A DNA stretch of 64,000 nt, from assembly GCA_963769935.1 (NCBI GenBank), contig CAVYNY010000010.1, positions 736,001-800,000 on the forward strand, given 5' to 3'. Shown here one piece after another: positions 1-9,592 of the stretch. Under the pieces are notes generated by a model, which was not told where the DNA came from, searched no databases, and saw only the letters and a list, made by a program, of their open reading frames with translations. The position numbers were made by a program, and so were the translations under genes. Position 1 is the stretch's first letter, and each line of letters starts with the position of its first letter. Origin of the DNA: an uncultured delta proteobacterium. GTDB taxonomy: Bacteria > Desulfobacterota > Desulfobacteria > Desulfobacterales > JAFDCJ01.

Positions 1-236
1 TCATCGATCCAACAGAGATCTGCGTTACCAGGGGAATCGACCGGATCGGCAATCGGCACTTGATTCTCGGGGATCTGATAAGCCGCACGAGCAGCTTTTA
101 CAGGGCCGCATGTGATGATTAGCAATAACGCCAGCAGGGCCTTGTAGCTTCGCCTCCCGGTGAAACCGCAATTCTTTTCGGAACAAGCGATGCTTTTATG
201 GTCATACCCTTTAAGGACTTCTAAAGTTGGCCACAT
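1..236 (-). CDS. partial hypothetical exported protein (runs off the window edge; start uncertain)
   Basis: Open minus frame reading MWPTLEV...YKALLALLLIITCGPVKAARAAYQIPENQ..., with a signal-peptide-like hydrophobic stretch, co-oriented with the SPOR gene. Confidence 0.35.
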   Translation of the reverse strand, partial: MWPTLEVLKGYDHKSIACSEKNCGFTGRRSYKALLALLLIITCGPVKAARAAYQIPENQVPIADPVDSPGNADLCWID

Positions 237-1659
237 AATAGTCATCGATGATCCCTTCTGATTTCAGCTTTTCCCCGTAATCCCGGGCCGACTGCTTGGT
301 GGCGAAATGCGACACCCGCACCTGGTACCAGCGCTTGTCGCCTCTAACCGCCTCCGACCAATATGCATCCAGTCCCCGGTTTTTTAGCTCCTGAACGAAG
401 CTTTTGGCATATTCAGGCTTTAAATAGGCTGCCACCTGCAGCGTAAAAGGATCCGTAACAATGCTTATCGGCGGTTCAGGTTTTTTTTCGGCAGGCGGCG
501 CCTCCGTCACCTTCAGGTGACTGACGGTGTTCACCACCAGCCCCCCGATTCCCAAGGCCAGACCGCCCAGCAGGATGCCGGTTAAAACGCGCCTGATTTG
601 GCGGGAGTGTCGAATCAGACCGGCTGCTTTCCGGAGCCGCTCGATAATCCCCCGAAGCAGCGACCCCAAGAAATCGATCAGGTTCCGGGCCGTATTGATC
701 AATAAGACACCCGGCCGGATTCGCCTGCGAATTTCGCGGGTTGTTTTGGGCGGGATCGGCGGATTGAAACCGGCAACCATATTTTTCAGGGTGTTCGCAT
801 CGATGCCTTCCAGGTATTGACGGGCGGTTTGCAGCCGCTGCCGGTTGTGCTCGGTGACGGGCATCCAGTGCACACAGGCCGCCAGACCTCTCAGATACCC
901 GGACCGGTCGCCATTTTGGGCCAACGCCTGCAGATAAATTTCCAGGGACCATTCATCCGCGCGTTTCTCTTTGACGAAGAGCTTTGCCAACTCCTGGATG
1001 AACTCAGGGGGCCGCGAATCATCACCTGCGTAAATCCGACGGTAAGTTTGCAGCGCGGGAAAATCCGTTCTTTCCAGCAAAAGATAAAACCGGGCCAGCG
1101 TGCGCTGGATATATCTATTTTTCGGCTGCGCTTCGCCGATGCGCGCGGCCAGTTCCTGGTGTTCTTCTTTAAGACCTCCCCGGCTTTCAACCCGCTGCAG
1201 CCAGTGCTGGGCCACTACACCATCTTTCGGATTGGAATTCAGGTATGCGAACAAAAAATCTTCGGACCTGTGATCCCGCCGGCTGCGGGCCAGATAGAAG
1301 CGCGCGATCCGGGCACCCAGGCTGACGGACCTTGTGCGCCGGACAAAAGGTGAAATCATAAAACTGTCAAAGAGGGCCATGGCCCGCTGAAAAGCATCTT
1401 CAGCTTCAAGATACATTCCGTCACGCTCAAATACACCGGCTTGGGACATCAAAAAATCCGTTTTATGCAGCGCCCAGCGGTTTGACCCCCAGCCGGCTGC
1501 CAGAAAAAAGATCAGCAGGATGACGGCCGTGACCAATACATTGCTCTCCAGCCCAAGGTGTGGCTGCAAAAAAGGCAATACCGCCAGACTCGCCAGCCCG
1601 CCCAGCAGGACAGCCGCCCAGATGCGGAAAGCAGTATGTCTTAAAAAAGATAACATCAT
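211..1659 (-). CDS. membrane protein with helical/TPR-like region and C-terminal SPOR domain
   Basis: Two N-terminal TM helices, a helical middle, a third TM, then FTLQVAAY...WYQVRVSHFATKQSARDYGEKLK (SPOR pattern). Confidence 0.85.
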   Translation of the reverse strand: MMLSFLRHTAFRIWAAVLLGGLASLAVLPFLQPHLGLESNVLVTAVILLIFFLAAGWGSNRWALHKTDFLMSQAGVFERDGMYLEAEDAFQRAMALFDSFMISPFVRRTRSVSLGARIARFYLARSRRDHRSEDFLFAYLNSNPKDGVVAQHWLQRVESRGGLKEEHQELAARIGEAQPKNRYIQRTLARFYLLLERTDFPALQTYRRIYAGDDSRPPEFIQELAKLFVKEKRADEWSLEIYLQALAQNGDRSGYLRGLAACVHWMPVTEHNRQRLQTARQYLEGIDANTLKNMVAGFNPPIPPKTTREIRRRIRPGVLLINTARNLIDFLGSLLRGIIERLRKAAGLIRHSRQIRRVLTGILLGGLALGIGGLVVNTVSHLKVTEAPPAEKKPEPPISIVTDPFTLQVAAYLKPEYAKSFVQELKNRGLDAYWSEAVRGDKRWYQVRVSHFATKQSARDYGEKLKSEGIIDDYYVANFRSP

Positions 1660-1662
1660 AGT

Positions 1663-1992
1663 AATTGAATATTGCAGATTGAAAATTGAAAATTTAAGGA
1701 ATTCTGTCTTTTTAGTTTTATGCCCCTATTTAGAGTCTTAATTGTAAATTCTTTGCATTTTATGCAAAAACTTTTTTCATCACGAAAACACAAAATTTTG
1801 AAAGTACGAAATTTATCTTATCTTCTTTTCGTGTTTTCGCCTGCCCCGTTAAACCTTTTTTATCTGTTTAATCGGGGTCCTTTCGTGCTTTCGTGATTAA
1901 TTTATCCTTTTTAGTTCCGGCTTGTCCGGGTTAGGAATTTAAAATCGATAGAATTCCACAAATATTCAATCTTCAATCTTCAATTTTCAATT
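1663..1992. repeat. nested intergenic repeat: outer inverted TTGAA(A/G)A/TTCAATC heptamer arms enclosing a CACGAAA/TTTCGTG element
   Basis: AATTGAATATTGCAGATTGAAAATTG at the left and AATATTCAATCTTCAATCTTCAATTTTCAATT at the right; inner 1752-1935 aligns to 52334-52485. Confidence 0.85.
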
Positions 1993-2008
1993 CGAAGGGC
2001 CGTCATTC

Positions 2009-4147
2009 CTAACGCCTGTCAGGCGACAGATCCTGTTCCACAATGGTGGATCTTGGCGACACTATGGTTGATTTTTCCTGAACTTTAACAGGTTGTGCCG
2101 AAGCTGCGGCAGTCTGATCCGACGCATTGGTGGTGTATTCGAGCTCTTTTGGCGTCGCCTGCCCGCTGCGCAGCGCCACCTGCACCGGCTGCCGGGTCCA
2201 GACTCCGGCCGTCGAACCTGAAATCGGACTCACCTTTTCGAACCGAATATCGGCCGGAACCGGAAACTCCCGGGGCGGCTCGCCGTCGGTGGCCTTGATC
2301 ATAAAATCCGCCCAGATGGGTGCCGCCCCCCGCCCGCCGGTAATGCCGGTGCCTTGTTTATCCCGCATGCCGATTTCCCGGTCAAAGCCGACCCATACCG
2401 CAACACTCAGGTTGGGGGTGAATCCGGTAAACCAGGCATCACGATAATCGTCGGTGGTGCCTGTTTTTCCGGCCGCCGGAAGATTAAACCCCAGTCTCCG
2501 AACCACCGCGCCGGTTCCATCGTCAATGACACCGCGCATCATGTCCACCACCTGAAAAGCAACAGTTGCATCCAGGGTGCGCCGGCCGCCGACGATGTGC
2601 TCTTCAAGGACCCGCCCCAGGGGATCTTCCACCCGGTTGATAAAGAAAGGCTCATGACGGATGCCGCCGGTGGCGAAAGAGGCAAAGGCGGAGGCCATCT
2701 CCAGGGGGCTGACGCCGGAGGTTCCAAGGGCCACGGAATAAACCGGTCTCAGAGGACTTTCAATCCCGCATCGCCGGGCCGTCTCTAAAACGGGCTCAGG
2801 GCCGGTGCGCTCCACCAGCTGGGCCGCCACCGAATTCACGCTTTTCATAAAAGCCTCTTTCAGGATCATCGGACCTTCATACGTCCGGCTGAAATTGCGC
2901 GGCGTCCAATCTGCAGCCCCCTTCACCGCAATGGTGATCTTTTGGTCCGCCACTACGGTGCCCGGCGTATATCCCAGCTTCTCAAACGCGGTGTAATAAA
3001 CAAAGGGTTTAAATCCGGACCCCGGCAGGCGATTATTTTGAATGGCCCGGTTATATTCGGTTTGCGAGTAGTCCCGGCCCCCCACCAGGGCTTTTACGGC
3101 CCCGGAGTTGGCCTGAATCGCCACCAGAGCCCCCTGGGGATGAGCTTCCGTGTCATCGAAGCCGGCTTCAGCCGGGTTGGAAGTGCCGAGGATCTGGTCG
3201 AGTTTGGCCAGTCCGGTTTGCACAGATTTAACTGCCAGCGCCTGCAGCCGGGGGTCCAGCGTGGTCATTACTTTCAGCCCCCCGTGATAGACGACTTCAG
3301 GTCCGTACCGCTCTTCAAGCGTATCGAGGACGACGTCCAGAAAATAACTGCCGGTGTGAGTTTCAGCCGAGCGCGGCTGAAGCCGCAGTTCATCCTGAAA
3401 TGCGCGTTGAGCTTCCTGCACCGTAATAAAGCCCACGGCCGCCATGCGCGACAACACGATCTTCTGGCGGTTTTTGGCGCGCTCGAAATGACGGTAAGGG
3501 TTATAGCGCGTCGGCGATTTGGGCAAACCCGCCAGCAGCGCGGCTTCGGCCAGGTTCAATTCCGAGGCCGGTTTTCCCAGGAAAAACCGGGCGGCCTGCT
3601 CAATTCCGTGGGCGCCGACGCCGAAGGGAATTTGATTCAGGTAGGCTTCCAGGATATCTTCTTTTTTGTAACGGGCCTCGATCTGCAACGCCACCAGCAA
3701 CTCGCGGAATTTGCGCATAAAGGTGCGTTGGAAGCTGAAAAAAAGGTTTTTTGCCAGCTGCTGGGTAATGGTAGATGCGCCTTGGATTCTGCCCGGTTCA
3801 AAAAGGGTCACCCACAGCGCCTTGAGTGTTCGAAGCTTATCCACACCGTGGTGTTCCCAGAACCGGTGATCCTCGGTAGCAATCACCGCCTGGATAAAGA
3901 AGGGCGATATCCGGTTTAAGGGAATGGCTTCCCGTCCGCCCATGAGCATAACCCTTTCTCCGGTGGCTGCAAAAATCTCAGTGGGAGGCGTCTCAATGAT
4001 TCGGTTCAGCGGATCAGGCACGCGCGGCAGGTCACTGACCACCACAAATAAAAAACCGGTAGCTAAAAGAGCTCCGAGACCACCCAGCACTAACACCAGG
4101 TAGAAAAATCCGCTCAGCCGTCTAATGGTGGCGGTGACATTGGTCAT
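2009..4147 (-). CDS. class A penicillin-binding protein (PBP1A family, transglycosylase-transpeptidase)
   Basis: EDHRFWEHHGVD, GASTITQQLAKN, RKFRE (transglycosylase); SGFK, SVN, KTG (transpeptidase). Confidence 0.95.
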   Translation of the reverse strand: MTNVTATIRRLSGFFYLVLVLGGLGALLATGFLFVVVSDLPRVPDPLNRIIETPPTEIFAATGERVMLMGGREAIPLNRISPFFIQAVIATEDHRFWEHHGVDKLRTLKALWVTLFEPGRIQGASTITQQLAKNLFFSFQRTFMRKFRELLVALQIEARYKKEDILEAYLNQIPFGVGAHGIEQAARFFLGKPASELNLAEAALLAGLPKSPTRYNPYRHFERAKNRQKIVLSRMAAVGFITVQEAQRAFQDELRLQPRSAETHTGSYFLDVVLDTLEERYGPEVVYHGGLKVMTTLDPRLQALAVKSVQTGLAKLDQILGTSNPAEAGFDDTEAHPQGALVAIQANSGAVKALVGGRDYSQTEYNRAIQNNRLPGSGFKPFVYYTAFEKLGYTPGTVVADQKITIAVKGAADWTPRNFSRTYEGPMILKEAFMKSVNSVAAQLVERTGPEPVLETARRCGIESPLRPVYSVALGTSGVSPLEMASAFASFATGGIRHEPFFINRVEDPLGRVLEEHIVGGRRTLDATVAFQVVDMMRGVIDDGTGAVVRRLGFNLPAAGKTGTTDDYRDAWFTGFTPNLSVAVWVGFDREIGMRDKQGTGITGGRGAAPIWADFMIKATDGEPPREFPVPADIRFEKVSPISGSTAGVWTRQPVQVALRSGQATPKELEYTTNASDQTAAASAQPVKVQEKSTIVSPRSTIVEQDLSPDRR

Positions 4148-5064
4148 CGTGGCGTTCGATCCTCCAGGTACGCTTTGATCGGATGCTTGGCGGCCCCATC
4201 ATTTTCCTCCAGGTATGACCGCAGGCGCCACACGGCCCACTCCTGGCCCTGAACCAGGACAACTTCAGGCCGGCCACCCATTGCGAACTCAAAACCCAGC
4301 TCGATATACCCCGATACGGCTTCATCTGAAATCCCGACCTTGACAATCTGACCGGCGGGTTTCAGCAGCGTTTCAGGATCGAGGATGACGTTGCGGCGAA
4401 CCTCCTCGGGCAGGGAAACCAGGGCCTCAAAAAAACGTTCGGCCGGATATATGCGGTTTTTAAAGTTCGCCAGATTTTCCAGCGCTTCAACCGCCAGGCC
4501 GTCTTCGCGCTCCAGCTGCCGCATTTCATCGGCGGAAACATCAATCCGGCGCAGCACGCGATTGTCGGCGTCCAGCAGATAGACAATCAGATCGCTGCCG
4601 CTTTTTTCGAAATACGTGCGCCGCCAGTTTCCCTGGGCGGAAATTTTAAGAAGCTCAATGGTGGACAATACCTCGCGGGCTGCCTCCCGGGGCAGTTTAA
4701 GGTAGAGGTGCCGGAAATTTTCCGCCGACAGCATTGCGCCCTGACCGTCTGAGAGACCGGCAGCGATTTGGGAAAAGGTTTCGGCGCTGCGCGCTTCGCG
4801 TTGGGAGGCCTGCCGGTCGGTGACGATTTTCTCGAGTGTTTTTTGCGCAGTCAGGGTCTGGCGGCCTTGTTCCCAGATGGCCCCCGATTGCGGCCGTGTC
4901 GAATTGGTGGTCACCAGGTAGGCACCCAGGGTGCGCTCTACCCAGTCAAATCGCATTTCCAGAACAATGACGCTGCCGACCAATAAAGCCACCAGCACAG
5001 GCCGCAGCGCAAGTACCCGGCGCAGCCAGTCATTTAAACTTTGCGGTTCAAACCAGTCTGTCAT
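4144..5064 (-). CDS. hypothetical membrane-anchored protein, translationally coupled to PBP1A
   Basis: 306 aa ORF with one N-terminal TM; ATGA overlap with the PBP start at 4144-4147. Confidence 0.8.
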   Translation of the reverse strand: MTDWFEPQSLNDWLRRVLALRPVLVALLVGSVIVLEMRFDWVERTLGAYLVTTNSTRPQSGAIWEQGRQTLTAQKTLEKIVTDRQASQREARSAETFSQIAAGLSDGQGAMLSAENFRHLYLKLPREAAREVLSTIELLKISAQGNWRRTYFEKSGSDLIVYLLDADNRVLRRIDVSADEMRQLEREDGLAVEALENLANFKNRIYPAERFFEALVSLPEEVRRNVILDPETLLKPAGQIVKVGISDEAVSGYIELGFEFAMGGRPEVVLVQGQEWAVWRLRSYLEENDGAAKHPIKAYLEDRTPR

Positions 5065-5159
5065 GCCAAAATATTACCAATAAAGATCGCTATATGGCAA
5101 GGGAATATCATCTGAGCCGGGTAAACCCGAAAAATGTTTTGTATATTAAAAATGGGATA

Positions 5160-5475
5160 GGAATGGATTCAGTTTTAATCTTTAAAAATAGACAGGATTT
5201 TCAGGATTTATCGGATATTTTTTGTATAACCGGTTTCCAGATGAAACCGGTTATAGACAATCCGCTTCGCGGAAAAAAGGATCGTCTGTGTCAACCCACT
5301 GCGCCTATTCACTGCCAGCCGATAAACCATAGCATCACCGATTTCACCCATATGTTTACTAAGCTTCCGCCGGCAGTCGAATGTTATTTTCACGGTTTCA
5401 TCCGGAAACCGTGAAAAAATCCAGTTCATCCTGTAGATCCTGTCGGATAAAAAATATTTAAATAGAATCCATTCC
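5160..5475. repeat. MITE/REP-like element with nested inverted repeats
   Basis: GGAATGGATTC (5160) / GAATCCATTCC (5465); inner GACAGGATTTTCAGGAT / ATCCTGTAGATCCTGTC; two internal GGTTTC..GAAACC hairpins. Confidence 0.8.
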
Positions 5476-5567
5476 CTAATGGTACAATTGCGCTAAAATG
5501 ACATGATCAAGTTTAGGGTTGCGTATTAATTTGGTAGAGGTAAAATCACGGATGTAATGGAGGAAAA

Positions 5568-6410
5568 ATGAATCTCAGTTTCCGGAAATTGGTGTGGTCG
5601 GTCTGTTTTTCCGGCACGTTCATCTTAACCTGGGCCGGCGTGAGCCGCAGCGAGGTGGTTGTATTTGATCGGGTGACAACCGTTAAAACGGCTGTACGCC
5701 TCATTGTGCTGACCAAGGGTTTTCTGTTTGCCGAAGGCGGTCGGCTGGTGGACATTTATCTGGATGACCAGCATCTGAAAAAGATTTTAACCGGCGGTGA
5801 CGGCTACGGCTACTTGAAATACACGCCCCCGGACCCCGGACTGAAAGAAATAAGAGCCCATTCTGATACAGGCAGTGCAACAGGCCTGCTGCTGGTTATG
5901 GGCAAAAATGAGAAGGCGATCATTATTGATATCGAAAGTGCTTTTCAGGATGCCGTATTGTCAGACGAGATCAGGGAGAAAAGCCGGCAGGCCGTTAATT
6001 CCCTGAGTAAAAATTACAAAATAATTTACCTGAGCCGGTATATTGGCAAGGGCGTCGGCCGGAGCTCGCTGAAAAAAGCAAATTTTCCGGAATCGGTCAT
6101 TCTCCGCTGGCAAGGACCTGATACGTTTACAGCATTGGAAGAAAGAGGCGTGCAGCTGCAGGCTGTCATCGGTTCGGAGGACGAGATGTCGGCGGCGGAG
6201 ACAAAACACATTGAAAATCGGTATACTTTTGAAGAATCCACCAAGGGGCAAACCGTGAAAGACTGGGATGAAATTTTAAAGCGGCTGCAAACAACCCCGC
6301 CGGCCGAAAAGAAAGAAAGGGACGGAGAACGGAAGATAGAAGTTGAGAAGGTGAGAGGCTGGGAAGTTGAGAGGATGAGAAGTTGGGAAGGTGAGAGGGT
6401 GAGAGGGTGA
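5568..6410 (+). CDS. exported protein, Ig-like domain plus degenerate HAD/LNS2-like domain
   Basis: GGAGG RBS, signal peptide, AIIIDIE...KIIYLSR...AVIGS layout resembling HAD motifs; the last ~25 aa are encoded by octamer repeats. Confidence 0.65.
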   Translation: MNLSFRKLVWSVCFSGTFILTWAGVSRSEVVVFDRVTTVKTAVRLIVLTKGFLFAEGGRLVDIYLDDQHLKKILTGGDGYGYLKYTPPDPGLKEIRAHSDTGSATGLLLVMGKNEKAIIIDIESAFQDAVLSDEIREKSRQAVNSLSKNYKIIYLSRYIGKGVGRSSLKKANFPESVILRWQGPDTFTALEERGVQLQAVIGSEDEMSAAETKHIENRYTFEESTKGQTVKDWDEILKRLQTTPPAEKKERDGERKIEVEKVRGWEVERMRSWEGERVRG

Positions 6411-6690
6411 GAAGATGGGAAGCCGGGAGGCTGGGAAGCTGAGAAGCTGAGAAGCTGGGAAGCTGGGAAGCTGGGAAGGAGAAGGTGAGAGGGTGAGAGG
6501 GTGAGAGGGTGAGAAGATGAGAAGCTGGGAAGCTGAGAAGGTGAGAAGCTGGGAAGCTAAAAATGCTTGGCGCCCTGCGCCTTCTGCCTTTTACCTTTAG
6601 CCTTTGACCTTTATCCTTTTTTTACCTTAGACCTATACCCTCTTTTGTTATCCAGCATCCAGTGTCCAGTATCGAGCATCCAGTATCCCG
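6333..6690. repeat. octamer tandem array GAAG(C/G)TG(A/G) followed by heptamer arrays
   Basis: Many GAAGCTGG/GAAGGTGA/GAGGGTGA units to ~6560, then CCTTTAG-type and CATCCAG-type heptamers. Confidence 0.9.
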
Positions 6691-6694
6691 CAGC

Positions 6695-8065
6695 CTATTG
6701 CTTCCCGGCATATTTGCGCAGCGTGCCGTCTTCGGCCACGGCATAAACTGCGCCATCACGGCCGATGGCAATCGACGACAGGCCGTTGCCACGAAAATTG
6801 GTATCGTGACTCCGCGCTTTAAGATCGTGGGTGGCGGTCAACATCTCTAATGAAGATACATACACACGGTTGGACGTAACGGCCGGGGAAGAATAGGTCG
6901 TCCCCAGCAGCGGCAACTTTTCTGAAACTTTGCCGTCGCGCAACACAGTCCCGTCCGCGGCGTTGAGCACCTGGAGGCTGTCTTTGGATACCACGAACAC
7001 CTGCTGTTCGGCCGAAGCCGCCGGCGTGGCCAACACAGGTTGACCGGCGTCATACTCCCACATTTTCACGCCGGTTTTCACGTCATACGCAAGCACTTTG
7101 CCATCCTCACCCCCGAATACCATCAGCCCCGCAGGCAGGATCGCCGCCGAAGAATGCCCGTCAAAATCGTGCTCCTGACGCCAGAGCACGGACAATTGCG
7201 TCCCGTCCCATTCAAATACGCCGATGCTGCACAGGCTGTCCGCGATGGCAATCAGGGTTTTTCCTTCGCCGGCAACAACCGCCGCCGTCGGATCGACATA
7301 ACTGTCAGGCAGCACATAAACGCCTTCTTTGGATTCGGGGGGAAATCTTCCGATCATATTCCAGGTGTCTTTCTCGGTCCGCAAGAGATCTTCCAAACGA
7401 AGCCGGCCGCCTGAGGCATCAAAACGGCACACACCCAGCGATTTACGGGCGAGAAGCTGCGCTCCGTTTCCGTTGTCCCGCAGTACAAAAAGCTCGCCTT
7501 GAATGTCATCGGTCATACCGACCGATACATATACAAAGATGTGGGTGCCGCTTGGCGATGTGATGACCTTGGGGGATCCGGTGGTATACCCATTGTCCGG
7601 AAAAGAATAAGACCATTGGGGATTGCTGAATTGATCCACTTTATGAAGGGTGCTCAAAATTCTTCCGTCATCGGCCTCATGATTGGAGATAACGTAAATA
7701 TCACCTTCATCAGAAACCGAAGCCGAACCAACAATGCAGCTTTTTGAAGGGTCGGGACCCAGTGCTCTCTGCCACTTCTGGGTTCCGTCATCTGACTTTA
7801 GCGCGATCAATTTACCGTTGGTGGTCCCGATATAGATGACCTCCCTTCCCTGGTAGTCCGCACCGATAACCGGTGATGAACTGGTAATCCTGTAGGGATT
7901 TGAAACCCAGCTGACTGACAGTGCAAAACCGCTTGCAACCGGCTGAAAGCCCCGGCTGGCTGAATCACCATGGAAGTTGCCCCATCGCGAAGCCTTGCCG
8001 GCGGCACAGCCCACCAAAGTCACCGCCGAAATTATCACAATAACATTTCGCAGACCGTTGCTCAT
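6695..8065 (-). CDS. PQQ-like beta-propeller (BamB-like) lipoprotein
   Basis: Lipobox LVGC; repeated SSP(V/A) and G..kW propeller motifs; start moved to MSNGL behind an AAGGA RBS. Confidence 0.85.
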   Translation of the reverse strand: MSNGLRNVIVIISAVTLVGCAAGKASRWGNFHGDSASRGFQPVASGFALSVSWVSNPYRITSSSPVIGADYQGREVIYIGTTNGKLIALKSDDGTQKWQRALGPDPSKSCIVGSASVSDEGDIYVISNHEADDGRILSTLHKVDQFSNPQWSYSFPDNGYTTGSPKVITSPSGTHIFVYVSVGMTDDIQGELFVLRDNGNGAQLLARKSLGVCRFDASGGRLRLEDLLRTEKDTWNMIGRFPPESKEGVYVLPDSYVDPTAAVVAGEGKTLIAIADSLCSIGVFEWDGTQLSVLWRQEHDFDGHSSAAILPAGLMVFGGEDGKVLAYDVKTGVKMWEYDAGQPVLATPAASAEQQVFVVSKDSLQVLNAADGTVLRDGKVSEKLPLLGTTYSSPAVTSNRVYVSSLEMLTATHDLKARSHDTNFRGNGLSSIAIGRDGAVYAVAEDGTLRKYAGKQ

Positions 8066-8335
8066 ATTGCTGTCCTTAATTCCTTGCGAAATTTTTAACT
8101 CATCCGCCCAGTCAACGTGGCGCATTCCCATCGGTTCCAACCGGACTATTGCATCTTATCCAAACCTGGTATCGCTATTCTTAAGGGCGGTGTGATTAAT
8201 CGATTTGCTGTGCGGCCGGACAAACCGCCAGCTGCCCGCGAACGCGGAGTTTCATTGCCTGGCAAGTATATTCTAATTTTGGAAGATAAATCAACCCTAT
8301 ATATGGTTCCGGGTTAATAATCCCGGCAAAAAAGC

Positions 8336-8620
8336 GAGAAGGTGAGGCGGTGTGAGGGTGAGAAGGTGAGAAAAAGAAGCTGGGAGGCTGGGGAGCTGGG
8401 AAGGTGAGAGGGTAAGATGGTAAGAGGGTAAGAGGGTAAGAGGCTGAGAAGCTTAGAAGATAAGAAGATAGAAGTTAAGAAGGTGAGAAGCCTGGAGGCT
8501 GGGATGTTGGGAGGTTGGGAATTTGGGAACTTGAGATGGCGCTCCAACCTTCAACCTCAAACCTCCAACCTCAATAGATGCACCGTTCGCCGTGAGCCTT
8601 GCGCCGTGAACCGTGTGCCG
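8336..8620. repeat. octamer tandem array plus heptamer arrays
   Basis: GAAGGTGA/GAGGCTGG/GAGGGTAA units, then CAACCT(T/C) and CCGTGA(G/A) heptamers. Confidence 0.9.
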
Positions 8621-8628
8621 GCTATAGT

Positions 8629-9540
8629 CTACCACCAGCGATATTTCCAGTTGCCACAGTGCAGCACGTGCATGACTTCTACTGAAAACAGCAGGGCCAT
8701 GGATGAATAAAAAATCCACATCAGGACCAATATAACCGAGGAAAGCGAACCGTAGAGAAGATTAACCTCACTGATATGCTGTACGTAGAAACCAAAAAAA
8801 TTGCGGGCAAGGATCCACAACAGGCAGAAAATTAGCCCCGCCAGAAATTGATGACGCAGCTTGATGCGAATATTTAAAAAAAGCTTGACCGTCGCCAGGT
8901 AGAACCCAACCATAACCATCACGGATACACCATTGATCTGCAGCGAATTGGCCGAACCTAAAGCCAATTGATAAATATTTTCAAAATATGGCGTTTTGTT
9001 GAAGGCATTTAGAAATTGCGATACCGACGTGGACATAATCGTCCAGGTGAAATTGGATATGAAAAGCAGCAGCACGGCAAAAATACTCATGGTAACATAC
9101 ACGGCCTGACCGAACACCAAATGGCGGACCGGCAGTTGAAAAATCTTGCGGAAGGATGTTTCGAGGGCTTTAAAAATAAGCCCGCTGATGATCGGCAGCA
9201 TCAGAAAATTGATGGCTCGAAATGAACCGTGAGCATTGGAATTGATCACATGCGACTTCATCCACTCTTTGGAAACAAAGGGGATGACCCGGTTCATTTC
9301 ATCAGCCAGCATTTCAGTAACCTGGCCCGTCCAGTTGGCGTGGGCAAAAAACAGGTGCTGAATTAAATCAACAATCAGGATACTTAGGGTGGCAAACGGA
9401 ATAATTGAAAGTAAAAACACAAAAGAGACGGATAGCGATAGGTTGAAACAGTCATCCTGTATGAATTTCTTCAATGCTATTAAAAATAATCTGTGGCCTA
9501 AAAAATTCAGCCGCAAGACCGGAAATCTGTTTGCCAGCAT
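8629..9540 (-). CDS. YihY/virulence factor BrkB family membrane protein
   Basis: KFIQDDCFNLS...LSIIPF at the N-terminus and LYGSLSSVILVLMWIF near the C-terminus; ~6 TM. Confidence 0.9.
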   Translation of the reverse strand: MLANRFPVLRLNFLGHRLFLIALKKFIQDDCFNLSLSVSFVFLLSIIPFATLSILIVDLIQHLFFAHANWTGQVTEMLADEMNRVIPFVSKEWMKSHVINSNAHGSFRAINFLMLPIISGLIFKALETSFRKIFQLPVRHLVFGQAVYVTMSIFAVLLLFISNFTWTIMSTSVSQFLNAFNKTPYFENIYQLALGSANSLQINGVSVMVMVGFYLATVKLFLNIRIKLRHQFLAGLIFCLLWILARNFFGFYVQHISEVNLLYGSLSSVILVLMWIFYSSMALLFSVEVMHVLHCGNWKYRWW

Positions 9541-9592
9541 GGATGTCTGCCTGTATCATTTGGCGGGTCGTAGAAAAGATGTCCGTCTCTTA

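Noticed and set aside
5094..5429. ORFs 5094-5414 (+) and 5208-5429 (-)
   Set aside because: Lie within the palindromic repeat element; no RBS or family signal
6333..6560. Possible CRISPR array or G-quadruplex
   Set aside because: Units are contiguous degenerate octamers with no unique spacers and no cas genes; G-runs are irregular
8314..8719. Short ORFs across the octamer array
   Set aside because: Translations of tandem repeats
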